Below are positions 1 through 11,929 of a stretch of DNA of 32,000 nt, piece by piece. The DNA is taken from contig OZ245768.1 of assembly GCA_965227835.1 (NCBI GenBank), positions 1,230,001 to 1,262,000 on the forward strand, written 5' to 3'. A program made the translations under genes and the position numbers. Below the pieces are notes generated by a model that was not told where the DNA came from, did no database searches, and worked only from the letters and a program-made list of their open reading frames with translations. Every line of letters begins with the position of its first letter. The stretch's first letter is position 1. This DNA comes from Candidatus Saccharimonadota bacterium (GTDB lineage: Bacteria > Patescibacteriota > Gracilibacteria > BD1-5 > UBA6164).

Positions 1-963
1 TATATCTCATCATTCTTCTAGAAACTTATCAAGTCTTTCTTCAAACTCTTCAAAACTATTTTTACCGTTTATATAAGACATTTTAGCTTGTATAGGATTT
101 TCTAGATTATACTTTTTTCTTTCTTCTTCTTTTTTTCTTTTATCACCTTCAGGATCAAAAATATGTACTAGCCTTGATGATTTTTTGTCTCAATTTATTA
201 ATAATATATTTGCTTCTCACCCTCTTTTCGCTACTACATATCAACCATCTGTTATATCTATTATTTCTGAAGGATATTCTTTGTCTTCCATATAGTTAGG
301 TCATATACACTTTTCAGAAACATAACATTGCTCATAAAAATTTGTTCATAGTTCTTTAGGTAAAGGTCTTATAAGTCAGTCTGTATATAGACCATAAGGT
401 GTTATTCTTTCTTTTTGTCATACCATCATATATAAAGGTTTATTATGCCATTTTAATACTGGCCCAAAAAGCACTGATTTTAGTTTTGCTATACTTTCAT
501 CTGGTTTTTCCACTAAAATTGTTGCTGTATTTGATTCTTTAACTACAAGCTTATCATTTTCCAACACTAAAAATCTTAAATAAAAAGAAACATATCCTCA
601 ATGTTTTTTTGATAAGCTAAATTTATATGTATCTTTTCTTTCTATATCTATTTCTCTGTTATTCATTCAATTTAAAACTGTTACAAACCTATATCAACTT
701 TCTTCATAGAAATATATTTTATCTTTTAGTTCATTAATTTTAAAAACTACTTCTTCTCATGGTTTATATACTTCTTTATCTGTTGAAATTTCTACCCAAT
801 TATCTTTTTTGTTATAATCTTTTTCTATAGAATCTAAATCTAAACTAAATTCATTTTTGATAATTTTGCCACTTTGAGAAAAAATACCTTTATTATTTCA
901 ATCATAGGAACTACATCAATTTAAAATAAAAATTAAAATGAAAACAAATATTGTTTTTTTCAT
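1..963 (-). CDS. putative lipoprotein; 3' end runs off the window
   Basis: ATG at 963..961. N-terminus MKKTIFVFILIFILNGCSS is a signal peptide plus lipobox L-N-G-C, and the lipobox Gly is a TGA codon. The frame stays open to position 1 only if TGA is sense. No family recognised. Confidence 0.6.
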
Positions 964-1007
964 GAATTAGGATAATTATAAAATAAGTTGTTAGTTATAG
1001 TTTATTT

Positions 1008-1680
1008 CAACACATCGGGATAAAAACCCCTATCTTTAGATAGTTAAGACACCGAAGGTGTAAGTGATAGAAATTGAATAAATGAGATGTGTTGTGACAT
1101 AGGGTTTTAAACCCCGTTGCCTTCAGGCCGATTCTAAAGAAAAAAGTGTAAAAAATCAATAGAATAAATAAAATAGTGTTAAAAACTAACACTAGAGAGA
1201 ATGAAATACCAAAAAAGTAGTCATGCGACATATGATGTCAGATACCATATAGTATGGATAACAAAATACAGAAATCCATTCATGACAAAAGAGATACAAG
1301 ATAGATTGGAAAAGATCATAAGATGAATAAGTAAAAAGCTATGAGTAATAATAATAAAGATATGAATGGAAGAAGATCATGTACATATGTATTGTAGGAT
1401 ACCGTTAACTAAACCAATATCTACAATAGTATGACATATAAAGTGAGAAAGTTCTAAGGCAATAAAGAGGTATTTTTACAAAGAAATTAAGAGATGGTAT
1501 TGGAAGACATGAAATATATGGTGAGTATGATATTTTGTATCTAGTGTATGAGAGATAAATTGAGAAATAATATCTAATTATGTGGAACAACAGTGAGAAG
1601 AAGAGAATAAGATTGAAGAGATAGAGCTTTAAATTTCAGTACAAATAAAAGCCCCGTGCCTTCAGGCCGGGGTAGAAGAA
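1008..1680 (+). mobile_element. IS200/IS605-family insertion sequence (tnpA only); ends approximate
   Basis: Y1 transposase flanked by related subterminal hairpins: left ccccgttGCCttcaGGCcg at 1112..1130 and right CCCCGtGCCttcaGGCCGGGG at 1652..1672. The ~0.67 kb size is typical of IS200. Confidence 0.6.
1201..1632 (+). CDS. tnpA: IS200/IS605 family Y1 (HUH) transposase TnpA
   Basis: 143 codons with TGA=Gly: MKYQKSSHATYDVRYHIVWITKYRNP...EEDHVHMYCRIP...GHIKGESSKAIKRYF...GVGYFVSSVGEINGEIISNYVEQQ. Shows the HxH (HUH) motif and the catalytic-Tyr region. Stop is TAA. Confidence 0.85.
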
Positions 1681-1819
1681 AAGCTAAAACTTTTTACTTT
1701 TAAAGTGTTTTTGTCAAATTTGTGAATTTTGAATTAGATGCTAAGATATAAAATTTAATTTTTAAAACTAGGATTGTTAACAAATAAAGCAATAAAAATT
1801 TTTTATTTATAAATGAAGC

Positions 1820-3178
1820 TTAGAAATTATCTTCAACGTACTCTATTAACAATAGATAAAATAATCATATATCTCCTTTTCAAATACCATCTTTTTCTAA
1901 CTTTATATATTTTCAATCAATTTTAAATATAAAGTCTTTATATTTATGTGTAGTGTTATTACTTAATTCAATTTTGTAGTTAAGCATATACAAAAAATAA
2001 TTAAATAGTTTTACATCATAATCATCAATTTTTTCTTTTATAGACTGAGAGCTCTCTAGTACTTTTATAAATCTATTTTTATCGTTTCAAAAGATAGAAA
2101 ATAATATATTTATAGATTTTTTTATAACATACTCTTTAGAGTCATACATGTATATAATTTTTTCTTTTAATTGTTTCATGTCATTATCTTTCCAGCAAAG
2201 TAATTCTCTCAATCCAAGTTTATACTGAGAATTTAACGAGATAGCACTAGATAAAACTATTTGTAAAAATAGGCTTATGTATCAACTTTCTTTTAAGAAT
2301 AATTTTAAACTTTCATCACATCTAAATCTCTCAATTATTTCCTTAATTTTCTCTTTTATAATCTTTTCATTATTGAAAAGAAAAACCTCTGAAGTATAAA
2401 ATTTGTTTATATATCAATTAAAATCTGTATCTTCTCAATATCTATGATGAAATATACTTTTTAAATTATTATAATCTCACACAAATATAATTTTATCAAA
2501 TCAAAACTTGTTTCACCCTAAATTATCAAAGTGTGCTCAAAAAATATTTAATAATCTAAATGTGTGTTCAGGATCAATTCTATCTAGGTCATCAAATATA
2601 AGTATACTTTTTTTATTTCACTTATTTTCCGAAACTTTATTTTTTATTAAGGTACTTATTAAATCTTCTTCATTAATATTTTTATTTTTAATTTCTTTAA
2701 GAATATTTTCATAAATTCATTTTTCTCACTTTTTAATATCTTCTGAAAATTCTTTGAATTTTTGAAGTAAACAGAATGTTTCTCACAAAGATTTTCATAT
2801 TTTTGGTATATAGGAAGCTATATTTCTAATAATATCTACCTTGTTTTCGTTATAAAACATATTAACTAAAGAATAAATATCTATAAGGTTTTCTATTTTT
2901 AAATCTTCTAGCACATTACTATTTTTTTTAAGAACTTCTACTAATATGTCATATTTTATTAAATTTATAATGTCTTCATTATTATTTATTTGATAATTTA
3001 TAGGAAATAAATGATATATATCATAGCTTTCTTTTGGAAGTTTCTTTAAAAAATATGTTTTTCATATTCAAAGCTTTCAAGAAAAAAGAATAGAAAAGTT
3101 ATTTTCTTGCTCTAAATGCTCTATAAATTCTTTTTGGATATTTTCTATAGATATAGTTATTTCTCATATTTTTTCCAT
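1820..3178 (-). CDS. KAP-family-like P-loop NTPase
   Basis: 452 aa with TGA=Gly. Walker A is FSGKLGIGKTYFL; Walker B is SILIFDDLDRIDPEHTFRLLN, matching the DDLDR-x-P signature of KAP NTPases. Stop is TAA. Confidence 0.65.
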
Positions 3179-3259
3179 AAACAAACTGATATTAAAAAAA
3201 TATTAAATTATATATTATTATTTTCATATAGTTAAATTTGCAATTTAGTTTACTATACC

Positions 3260-4804
3260 TTAATCTTTTTCACTTTTTCTAAAACTCAAAGATTCAAGCA
3301 CGTGTTTTTTTTCTATTTTTTCTTTTCATTCCAAATCAGCTATCGTCCTAGATAGTTTTAATATTCTAAAATAAGCTCTAGCTGATAAATCCAGATTATT
3401 AACAGCTTTTTTTAAAATCTCTTCAGTTTCTAAGTCAAGTTTACAAAAATTGTTTATATTTTCACTAGACATCTGTGAATTTGAACTAATTCCTTTGTCT
3501 TTAAATCTCTCTATTTGTATATTTCTAGCTTTTTGGATATTTTGTTTTAATTCCAAAGAAGATACATTTTGGGAATAATCATTTCACACTTTCAGTTTTT
3601 CCGTTTCAATTTTTGGAACTTCTATAAATATGTCTATCCTATCAAGAAGAGGTCAAGAGAGCCTTGATTTATAATTTTCAACCTGCTTTTTAGAACAAAT
3701 ACATTGTTTTCAAGGATCTGTTAAATATCAACAAGGACAAGGATTCATAGCTCAAACTAGAGAAAAATCAGCAGGATAATTATAAGTAGCATTTACTCTA
3801 TTTACTGTTATTTCTCAATCTTCTAAAGGTTGTCTTAAAACCTCCAAAACAGATTTTTCAAATTCCAAAATCTCATCTAAAAACAAAACTCATTTATGAG
3901 CTAGACTTATTTCTCACGGTTTTGCATTTCTTCATCAACCTATTATTGATATATTTGATGCTGTGTGATGGATAGATCTAAACGGTCTTTTGTTTACTAT
4001 AGGTATTTTTGAATTTAAAAGACCAGAGATACTATATATTTTAGATACTTCTATAGACTCTTCTATTGTTAAGTTTGGTAGTATTCCAGCAAAAGATTTT
4101 GCAAGCATAGTTTTTCAGCTTCATGGAGGACCACTCATAATTATGTTATGTCATCCTGCAGCAGCTATTTCTAAAGCTCTTTTTGCATGTTCCTGCCCCA
4201 GGATATATTTAAAATCATATCTACTTTCTAAAATCTTTTTTTCTTCTTCAAAATGTCTTGTAAAATCAAGTTTTTTTTGAGTCTTTAATTCTTTTTCTCA
4301 GTTTAAGACAGATATTAATTCAGATAATGATTCTACGGGAATTATATCTATATCTGGTATTATAGAAGCTTCCAGCGCATTTTTCTTTGGTATAAAAATT
4401 CTTTTAAATCATTTTTCTCTTGCTAATATAGTTGAAGGCAATATTGAATCTATTTCTCTAAGTTTTCAATCCAAAGAAAGCTCTCATAAAAAAATAGAAT
4501 CTTTTGTAAGATCATTTATTATATCTCATCTATTTAATAACACTCAAACAGCTATAGGTAAATCAAAACTTGGTCAGCTCTTTTTTATATTTGCAGGAGC
4601 TAGGTTTACCGTTATTCTGTTTGTTGGCAGTTTATTTCATGAAGATTTGAGAGCAGATCTTAGTCTTTCTTTACTTTCTTGTACACTTTGGTCAGCAAGA
4701 CCCACTATTGAAAAAGAGGGAAGTCAATTATTTATATCTATTTCTACCTCAACTAAATTAGAATTTAAGCCATTTGTAGCTATACTTTTTACTTTTACTA
4801 TCAT
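3260..4804 (-). CDS. comM: Mg-chelatase-like ATPase YifB/ComM
   Basis: 514 aa. Lon-like N-terminal domain, Walker A GPPGSGKT (cct cca tga agc tga aaa act), Walker B GVLFLDE, CPCGY zinc motif, and C-terminal LSARAYFRILKLSRTIADLE. Confidence 0.9.
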
Positions 4805-5091
4805 GTTTTATCGCTTTAATATGTAATGTTTTATTTTGAAGGAGGATTTATTTTTATATACAAAATATATCTATATATTATATCTTTTTGTTTTAAGTCA
4901 AAAGTTTTTTGAAAAATGCTTTTATAGGAACTTGTAGTAAAATTAACTCATGCAGAAAAAATAATCTTTTTTGCTAATTTTCAATAAAGAAATTTTTAGC
5001 TTAAAATAAGTAAAAAAAGTTTATTTGTAAAAATTATCTAAAAAATCTATATTTTGTCATAACAAAGAAGTTTTACCATAGTCTCCTATAA

Positions 5092-6384
5092 TTATTCAAA
5101 AAAGCTATCTATAACTTTTTGTATTAAAATATTTATTCTTAAATTTTCAAAGTTTTTTGTTCCGGGTTTATACATATCATCAAGCCTTTTTAATACCTCT
5201 TGGCTTAAATAGTTTTCCTTTATTTTATTAACTCTTTCTAATACATCATCATCAGATACTTTAATTTTTAATATTTTTGTAAGTTCTAATAATATTAATT
5301 CTCATTTTACTTTTTTTATTGCATCTTCTCTGATATGATTTTTTTTGTATTTTTCTTCATCCATTTTCAAACTTCCTAGATAATCTTTCATCTTTATTCA
5401 CTGGTTTCACATGTTTTCTTTTATATCTTTAAAAATACTCTCTTGTTTTTCAAAGATTAGTTTATCTCAGAGGTCTATTTCTGATATTTCTATTAATTTA
5501 TCTATAAGTTTATTTTCGTCGTCTATATTTTGATTTGACTCTTTTGTTTCATATATTTCTTTTTTTATAAGTTCTTTAAATCAATCAAAATTTAGTCTTT
5601 TTCATCTTATTTTTTCTATAAACTCTTCATTTATTTCAGGTTTTACAGCACTTTGTACTGATAATATTTTTACTTTGAATTTCACTTTTTTAGAAGCAAA
5701 ATCTTTGTTGTGATAATCTTTTGGAAACACAATATCAAATTCTTTCTCATCTCAAGCTCAATATCAAACAAGTTCGTCTTCAAATCCTTTTATAAGTATA
5801 CCAGAACCTATTACTAAAGGATAGGATCTCATAGAAGTAGATTCAAGAAGATTGTTTTCTAAATCATAACCGTCAGTATCAATTTCCACCTTGTCTCATT
5901 TTTTTGCTTTATCTTGGTTTTCCTCAAATTTTGTAAACCTGTCTTCTATTTCTTTTATAGAAGAATTTACTTCTTCATCTGAAACTATTATTTCAGCTTT
6001 TTTCAGTTTAATTTTTTGTAGTTTTTTTTCATCTATTTTTACTTCAGGCAATATTTCAACATGTATTTTTATTTTAAGTGGATCTTGTGACACGATTTCT
6101 TTTATTTCTCATTGAGCAAGAGGCATTAATTTATACTCTAAAAGAGCTTTTCTATACATTTCATCAACCGCTAGTTCCACTATAGTCTCATTTACTGCTC
6201 ATTCTCAAAATTGAGAAACTATAACATTTTCAGGAATATTTGATCATTTTCTAAAACCTTTTATTTCTTTTTCTTCTGAAATCTTTTTTAATGCTTTTTT
6301 TCTGTATTTTGAAACCTCTTCTACATTAGCTTCAACTATTAACTCAACAATAGATTTTTCTAAATTTTTTCTTGAAGTTTTCAT
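5092..6384 (-). CDS. tig: trigger factor
   Basis: 430 aa. N-terminal ribosome-binding signature GFRKGSNIP, a central FKBP-like segment (GDKVEIDTDGY...VKFKVKILSV) and a C-terminal helical domain. Confidence 0.85.
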
Positions 6385-6426
6385 TTTATATTAATTTAAG
6401 TATATAATGTTTTTTAAACGAAAAGA

Positions 6427-6453
6427 ATTATATAAAAAACTCCTTTATGCCAA
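6427..6453 (-). promoter_or_regulatory. promoter-like TTGGCA-N15-TATAAT upstream of tig
   Basis: The minus strand reads TTGGCA (6453..6448), a 15-nt spacer, then TATAAT (6432..6427), about 45 nt upstream of the tig ATG. The same architecture and flanking sequence recur at 7204..7230. Confidence 0.4.
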
Positions 6454-6521
6454 AACTTTTATTTGTTACAATTAATGAAAACGGTAAAAGGCTTGTTTTT
6501 ATATTTTATCTTTTATACTTT

Positions 6522-7166
6522 CTAAAAAATTCTTTTTTTACCAAACCTACTCTCAAAAAAATTAATTTGATCTTCAAATTCTAATTTAAAATCATTATCG
6601 TTTGATTCAAATACATATTTATTTGTTTTTTTTGAAATATATAGGTTTCTTATCGGCACGAAAATATCAAGTTCTCCTTTAGGTTTATCTGTCAAAATAT
6701 ATTCTCTTTTAATAGATTTAGTTTCAATTTTTCCATTTATTAAAATTGAAAAACAATCTTTGAAATAAAAATTGATTTTTCACCCATTCTCTTTTGCTAA
6801 ATTTCTATAAAAGTTGTTCATAAGTTTTCCAATTTCTTCTTGACTCAAATCATCTTCTTTTTTTCAAATTTTCTCTAAAACATTTCTTTTCGGTTTTAAT
6901 GGATCTAAGTTAGTTCCTTCAATATACATTCCTGTATCTAAACCTATTATAGGGTAGTCATATTTTTTGTTTAAATAAGGTTTTAGTTTGTCTCTTGAAA
7001 TTTCTTCTAAACTTTTTCAATTCTCTTCTACATCAATATAATTTGGTATTTTTAATACTTTGAAATCTTTATCAAAAAGGCTAAATGTCTTTTGAAGTCT
7101 TTTAATTTTTGCTTCATTTGAAGTCGAGAAATAAACTATTTTTTGTGTTTTTTCTAAATTTTTCAT
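6522..7166 (-). CDS. Ham1/ITPase-like non-canonical NTP pyrophosphatase (tentative)
   Basis: 214 aa. The pattern IVYFSTSNEAKIKRL...VEENGKSLEEISRDKL...IIGLDTGMYIEG resembles RdgB/Ham1 (TxNxxKxxE, EExGxT, DDSGL). Confidence 0.45.
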
Positions 7167-7203
7167 AAAAATATTTAAATATGGTTTTTTAAAAACAAAA
7201 AGA

Positions 7204-7230
7204 ATTATAAAAAATTTTTCTTGTTGCCAA
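7204..7230 (-). promoter_or_regulatory. promoter-like TTGGCA-N15-TATAAT upstream of the Ham1-like gene
   Basis: The minus strand reads TTGGCA (7230..7225), a 15-nt spacer, then TATAAT (7209..7204). It is followed by TCTTTTTGTTTTTAAAAAAC, as in the tig leader. Confidence 0.4.
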
Positions 7231-7293
7231 AAACTTTATTTAAATTAGTACGACAAAAACCTTTTGCTAAATTTTAATTTTTACAAAAAATTA

Positions 7294-9003
7294 CTAAAAG
7301 CTAAATTTGAATGAATGTTCTCAGTAACTGAAAAGAAATGAAACCAACATATGTATTATAAAAATAGTCCCTATTATAAGTAATACTAAAAATATATAGT
7401 TTAACCAATTTTTTCTATTTCTAATTAAAGCATATATTCATAATAAAGAAAATATTATTAATGTTATTTGAAAATATATATTAGGAATAAATCAAAATAA
7501 ATAGATTTTTCAGTATGTGTTATAAGCAACAATACTATTCATAGGAAATGTTGGAAAAATTACATACTCTCAAAATAAATCACTTATTCAAGATAAACTA
7601 TCTTTGCCTAATCTTTTTTTATCTGTAATGGCATAATTATAGTACCAAGTCAGTCAAATACATAAAACAAACATTGTATATATATAATATAATATATTTA
7701 TAATATTTCCTCTTATTTTTATTGAAAAATAAGTAAGTAATAAAAATCAAATTATTCATAATGCTAAATATACATAATATGAATAGTCAATTTTAGCAGG
7801 AAAGCCTAATCATAATTCATCAAAACTTTTTCATTCAATTTTTGATACCTCTCTATGACTTATAATTCAATTTTTAGTATATCATCTATTTTTGTCAGCT
7901 AAAATATCATAGGATACATTTGTAACCGAATCATAGTCAAATTTTACATTTAAGCTATTAGTTCAAACATATAAATTTTCTTTATCTGCTCACCATAAAC
8001 TATTTAATGCTTTAAAATCTTTAGTGTTGGCTCATTCTATAATAATATCATTATAAAATACATTATTTTGGTCTTTATAATGCATTTTACTAAGTACCTC
8101 AAATCATTTTGCTGTAACGTTTTCAACTAATTTAATTCATCTATATACAAATTTATCCAATAGTTTTGTTCATCTATATACTTTATCTCATATTGATATA
8201 TATTTAGACTTTTGTCTTTCTCAAATAAATTTAAAATTACTTACTGATATTCCATTAAACTCTCCTCAAGAACAGCTTGAATTTTTACTACATATATAGA
8301 GATTAGATGTTTTTCTCAAGAATCATTCCTTTTCTATTAAAGCACTATTTAATAGACAAAGTACTCATTTATCTGAAAAGAAACCATTTCATAAATCAGA
8401 CATTCAACTATTATTTTTGTCACAAAATCTATAAGCAAACTTTATTTTTTCTTTTCAAAAACAAAATAGGTTACCAATATTATAAAATCATTTTCCCTCA
8501 TATCTAAATCAGTTTCATGAATCATTTATTCAATCTTGAAAGTCATACACACATGTTATATTATTTGATACTTCGTAATCTGATATATTTATCTTTTTTA
8601 TGTTTAAATCAAAATCTCCCCTTTTTAAAATATCTAACTTAAAGCTTTTGTTGTCTACTTGAGATAATAATTTTATTCAAAATGTTAATCTTTCTCATAA
8701 GACTCTATATCCATCTTCTGACTTCATTGATCACTTTCATTCAGGTAGTAGAAAAGTGCCTAAGTGTCTATAAAAATTATTTTCATGTCAATAATATATA
8801 GTTATGGTAGGAGCTAATCATCAATTTAAATAACCATTATTTTTTTTAAAACTATCTGCTTTGATAATAGATGTATCTCATCATCATGTAACTAAATAAG
8901 AATCTCATATTTTGAATTCAACTATTTTATTGCTTGTTGTTGCAAAGGTATTATTTAATGGTATTAAAACCAATAAAAATATAAAAATAAAAATTTTTTT
9001 CAT
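7294..9003 (-). CDS. secreted/membrane protein with DKNYY-like repeats and a C-terminal multi-TM region
   Basis: 569 aa. Signal peptide MKKIFIFIFLLVLIPLNNTFA. Repeats include YKDQNNVFYNDIIIEGANTKDFKAL, ADKENLYVG and LADKNRGYTKNGII. The C-terminal ~150 aa are strongly hydrophobic. Confidence 0.5.
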
Positions 9004-9023
9004 ATCATTTTTATTATAAATAA

Positions 9024-9045
9024 AAGAACCATTTCTTTGGTTCTT
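9024..9045 (-). terminator. hairpin downstream of ftsZ
   Basis: AAGAACCA-tttctt-TGGTTCTT forms an 8-bp stem. On the minus strand it is followed by TTTATTTAT. Confidence 0.4.
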
Positions 9046-9120
9046 CTAATTTTAACATATTTTTATGTTTTTTTAAAATTTTTAATTACAAAACTTACAC
9101 TTTTCTTTAAATAAACTCTT

Positions 9121-10296
9121 CTAAAGCTTCTTTTTTCTCAAAAAACTAGGAACATCTAAATCTTCTTCTGCTGGAGCAGGTTTTGCTGGAATAACTCTTG
9201 AATCAGACACAACCTTTCTACCAAAAGGACTTACTTTAGAAATGGTCTTGTCTTCTATAGCTTTTTTATTTGTATTTTCATCAAATCAAGTAGCAACCAC
9301 AGTAATTTTAATTTCTCCCTCATAATCTTCCCTTATAGTAGAACCAAAAATTATATTAGCATCAGGATCTATACTTTCTGTTATAACCTTTGCAGCTTCA
9401 TCCACTTCATACATACTCAAATCTGTTCATCAAGTAACATTGAATAAAAGACCTTTTGCTCAAGCTATTGAAAGCTCTAAAAGAGGAGAATCAATAGCAC
9501 TTCTAGCCGCTTCTATTGATCTATTCTCTCAACTACCATAACCAATACCCATTAAAGCTGATCAAGCATTTCTCATTACAGATCTCACATCAGCAAAATC
9601 TACATTAATCAAACCAGGTTGAGTAATAAGATCAGATATTCACTGTACTCATTGATTTAAAACCTCATCTACTATTGAAAATGCTTCCAAAAGAGGAGTT
9701 TTTTTATCTATTATAGATAGAATTTTATCGTTAGGAATTGTAATCAATGTATCAACTTTTTCTTTCAAAGCCTCAAATCAATCAATAGATTTTCACATTC
9801 TATTTTGTCATTCAAAAGAAAAAGGTTTTGTAACTACTCATACAGTTAAAGCTCAAAGTTCTTTTGCTATTTCAGCTATTACTGGAGCAGCTCATGTTCA
9901 AGTTCCTCATCATAAACCACAAGTAATAAAAACCATATCTGCTCATTCAAGCACAGCTTTTATTTCCTCACTTGATTCTTCAGCTGCTTTCTTTCATACC
10001 TCAGGATCAGATCAAGCTCAAAGACCTCAAGTAGCTACTTTACCAATATTTAATTTTACACTAGCTAAACTGCTATAAAGAGCTTGAGAGTCTGTATTCA
10101 TAGCTATAAACTCTACTCACTCAAGGCCAGCTTCAATCATTCTATTTACAGCATTATTTCAACCTCAACCAATTCAAACAACTTTTATTTTAGCTACAGG
10201 AGAAATACTTCAAGAAATATTTACCTCCTGGGCTGAAGAAGTATTGGAAATCTTACCAGATAATAGGCTTTTTAGTTTGTCTTCTCTTCTTGTCAT
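9121..10296 (-). CDS. ftsZ: cell division GTPase FtsZ
   Basis: 391 aa. Contains GIGGGGNNAVNRM and the tubulin signature GLGGGTGTGAAP, with most Gly encoded by TGA. C-terminal peptide is [13 protein letters not shown]. Confidence 0.97.
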
Positions 10297-10331
10297 ATGT
10301 TATTTTTTAAAATTTAAATTAATTAATTATT

Positions 10332-11570
10332 TTATGTTTTTGGCATTATTTTCTTAAAAAGTTTCTTAATAGAATCAAATATTCATGATAAATTTATGCT
10401 AAACTTTTGAAAATCTTCTCAATATCTGTTTGCAAAAATCATATTTCAAATTACTGAAACATAACTAGGATCGCTAACTGTTTTATCAACAAATTCATCA
10501 TTTATATTTGGAAATCATATAAAACTTGGAAGTCTAAGTATATCTTTTGAAAGCTCTATTAATCATTTTTGCTTAGCTCATCATCATACGAGAATGGCTC
10601 ATTCAGGAAGCATTCATTGCTTTCATATATTTATAAGTTCTCTATTAACAAACTCCAATATTTCTTCATATCTAGCAGTTGCTATTTGACTTAAATATTC
10701 TAAATCAATATCTCAATCAGCCATATCATATACACTTGATAGAGATAAATTTTTACTTTTTACAACTACTTCTTTTGATGACAATGTAGAATATTGTTTT
10801 TTTAATTTCTCTGCTATATCTATAGAAACCCTTGCTCAAAGAGCTATATCATTTGTAACATTATCTCAACCAAAAGGTATAACACAAGAGTGAATTAAAA
10901 CACTTTCTTCATATACAGATAATCAAGTACTAGCTGCTCAAATATCTATAAGTGCTACACCCAACTCTTTTTGTCTTTTTGTAAGCACTCACTCAGAAGC
11001 AGTTAAAATATTTGGATATATGTCAGATATTTCAATTCAAACATCGGCAATAGCTTTTTTTATATTATTTAAAACATTACTATTTATAGAAAATATATGA
11101 GCCTCTACTTCTATTTTTCTTGCTGACATTCAAATAGGATTTTTGATTCATGGTTCTAGGTCTACTGTAAAATGTTCTGGTATTACTTTTAGAATATCTT
11201 TATTTGGCATATCAATTCAGCTTTTAGCCATATCAAGGACTCTATCTACATCATCACTTGTTATTTCACTTGAATGAGTTGCTGTAATTCATTTGTTTAT
11301 AATTACATCAAAAGAAGAAGAGTTAAATGATATATAAGCACCACTTATTTGTTCTCAAGACATTTTTTCAGCTTCCAAAAGAGATTTATCTAAATCATCT
11401 TTAAATGATTCCATATCAAGGATATTTCATTTTCTTATAGACTTAGATTCTGATTCTCAAATTCATAAAACTATAAAATTTCCTTCTTCTTCATTTAAAA
11501 AACTTCAAATTACAGTTCTTATTTTATTACTTCATATGTCAATGGAAGTTATGATTTTATCAAAATTCAT
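10332..11570 (-). CDS. ftsA: cell division protein FtsA
   Basis: 412 aa, actin-like ATPase. Contains SIDIGSNKIRTVIG, LIDIGAASTGLSVY, IPFGGDNVTNDIA and ILVGGGAKQKGL. Lies immediately upstream of ftsZ. Confidence 0.9.
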
Positions 11571-11929
11571 TTTAAAATTTTTGTTTATTTTTTATAAAAC
11601 GGCTAAATTTTTTGTTTGTGTTCAAATTTGTTATACGAGTTTTTTTTGATTTTAAAGGTAAAAGTCAACAAAAACAGCTCTTTACATATATATAAATTAT
11701 ATTTAGCAAAAAATGTTTTTCCAATATTGTTGCCAAGTCTTTGTTAAAAACTGTTAAAAAACTATTTCTTATGAAAAATATTATAAAATTAAAGGGCTTT
11801 TAGTTGCTAATAAAAAATTTTTATGATAAAATTATTCTAGATTATAGAATTGTTAAGATATTTCTTATCAAAATTATCATATACAAAAGATATATGCTTC
11901 TATAAAATTAAAATTTAAATAACTAAAAA

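Noticed and set aside
3235-3251. 17-nt exact repeat AATTTGCAATTTAGTTT, also present at 25905..25921
   Set aside because: By rough estimate, about one such match is expected by chance in 32 kb of sequence this AT-rich. The contexts differ and I could fit no consistent promoter or terminator geometry. It may merit a genome-wide count, but it is not a supported feature.
4840-4852. GAAGGAGG on the plus strand in the comM-tig intergenic region as a fourth foreign ribosome-binding site
   Set aside because: No start codon or ORF follows in any frame under table 25. It is probably a chance motif or part of the comM promoter region on the other strand.
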